Position numbers and translations under genes: made by a program
NCBI GenBank assembly: GCA_041573795.1
Contig: JBFFQB010000004.1
Location: 1-58,263 of the forward strand
Direction of reading: 5' to 3'
DNA length: 58,263 nucleotides
Source: Anaerolineales bacterium
Lineage (GTDB): Bacteria > Chloroflexota > Anaerolineae > Anaerolineales > E44-bin32
The notes under the pieces: generated by a model
Told to the model about the DNA's origin: nothing
Seen by the model: only the letters and a program-made list of their open reading frames with translations
The model's database searches: none
Shown here: one piece after another, positions 57,878-58,263 of the stretch
Layout of the letters: each line of letters starts with the position of its first letter
How positions within the stretch are numbered: the stretch's first letter is position 1

Positions 57878-58263
57878 ATGGCGACAATGCTTAGGATGAG
57901 TGATCACGATCAGGCGAAGCTCAATGGAAAGCTTGGTCCGGGTATGGAGATGGCGATGCGCATCATCGTGCGCATGGCGCGTATCTTGGGTGCACACGAG
58001 TTGCTCGATATCGAGGGTGCGCACATCGATAGTTCGCTGTATATGGGAGACGCCACGCTGGATTTCGCCGAAAGATTGGTGGAGCTCGGCGCGCAGGTCA
58101 GCGTCCCCAGCACGTTGAATGTAAGCGGCGTGGACGAGCATGGTTGGCAATCCTGGCCTGTCGATCCCTCATGGGCTGAAAAGTCGCGGCGCCAGATGGT
58201 GGCTTATGAGAGGATGGGCTGCAACCCGATCTGGACCTGCGCCCCCTACCAGAGCGAATTCAA
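57878..58263 (+). CDS. Aconitase X catalytic domain protein (DUF521), partial
   Basis: Manual translation: AMRIIV...GAHIDS..Y...STLN...MGCNPIWTCAPY; open to the window end. Confidence 0.88.
   Translation, partial: MATMLRMSDHDQAKLNGKLGPGMEMAMRIIVRMARILGAHELLDIEGAHIDSSLYMGDATLDFAERLVELGAQVSVPSTLNVSGVDEHGWQSWPVDPSWAEKSRRQMVAYERMGCNPIWTCAPYQSEF

Overview
A 58-kb stretch of bacterial chromosome, roughly 54% GC by eye. The gene content and Pro/Thr-rich linkers suggest Chloroflexota, probably Anaerolineae (inference). It is mostly housekeeping DNA: T-box-controlled pheST; a methionine block (metG, pterin dehydratase, yitJ, metH behind a SAM-I riboswitch, and a short core MetE-like synthase); panB-panE-panC-coaX behind a pan-motif leader; kbl, mobA, amrS, rsmI, PGI/PMI; and several transporters and redox proteins. 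I saw no rRNA, tRNA, CRISPR array, transposase or prophage. The most interesting signals are regulatory: (1) a candidate Met/Cys leader-peptide attenuator upstream of metG; (2) an ECF sigma factor coupled to an N-terminally extended O6-alkylguanine methyltransferase and a family-5 UDG, with no separate anti-sigma gene; (3) a candidate Na+-type riboswitch ahead of a peroxiredoxin and a DsbA-NhaA fusion; (4) several unannotated structured RNAs, namely a ~180-nt rod and two promoter-hairpin units with C-rich or anti-Shine-Dalgarno loops; (5) an unannotated Flp pilin and a degenerate TyrA-like protein. All family calls come from motif recognition by eye, not database searches.
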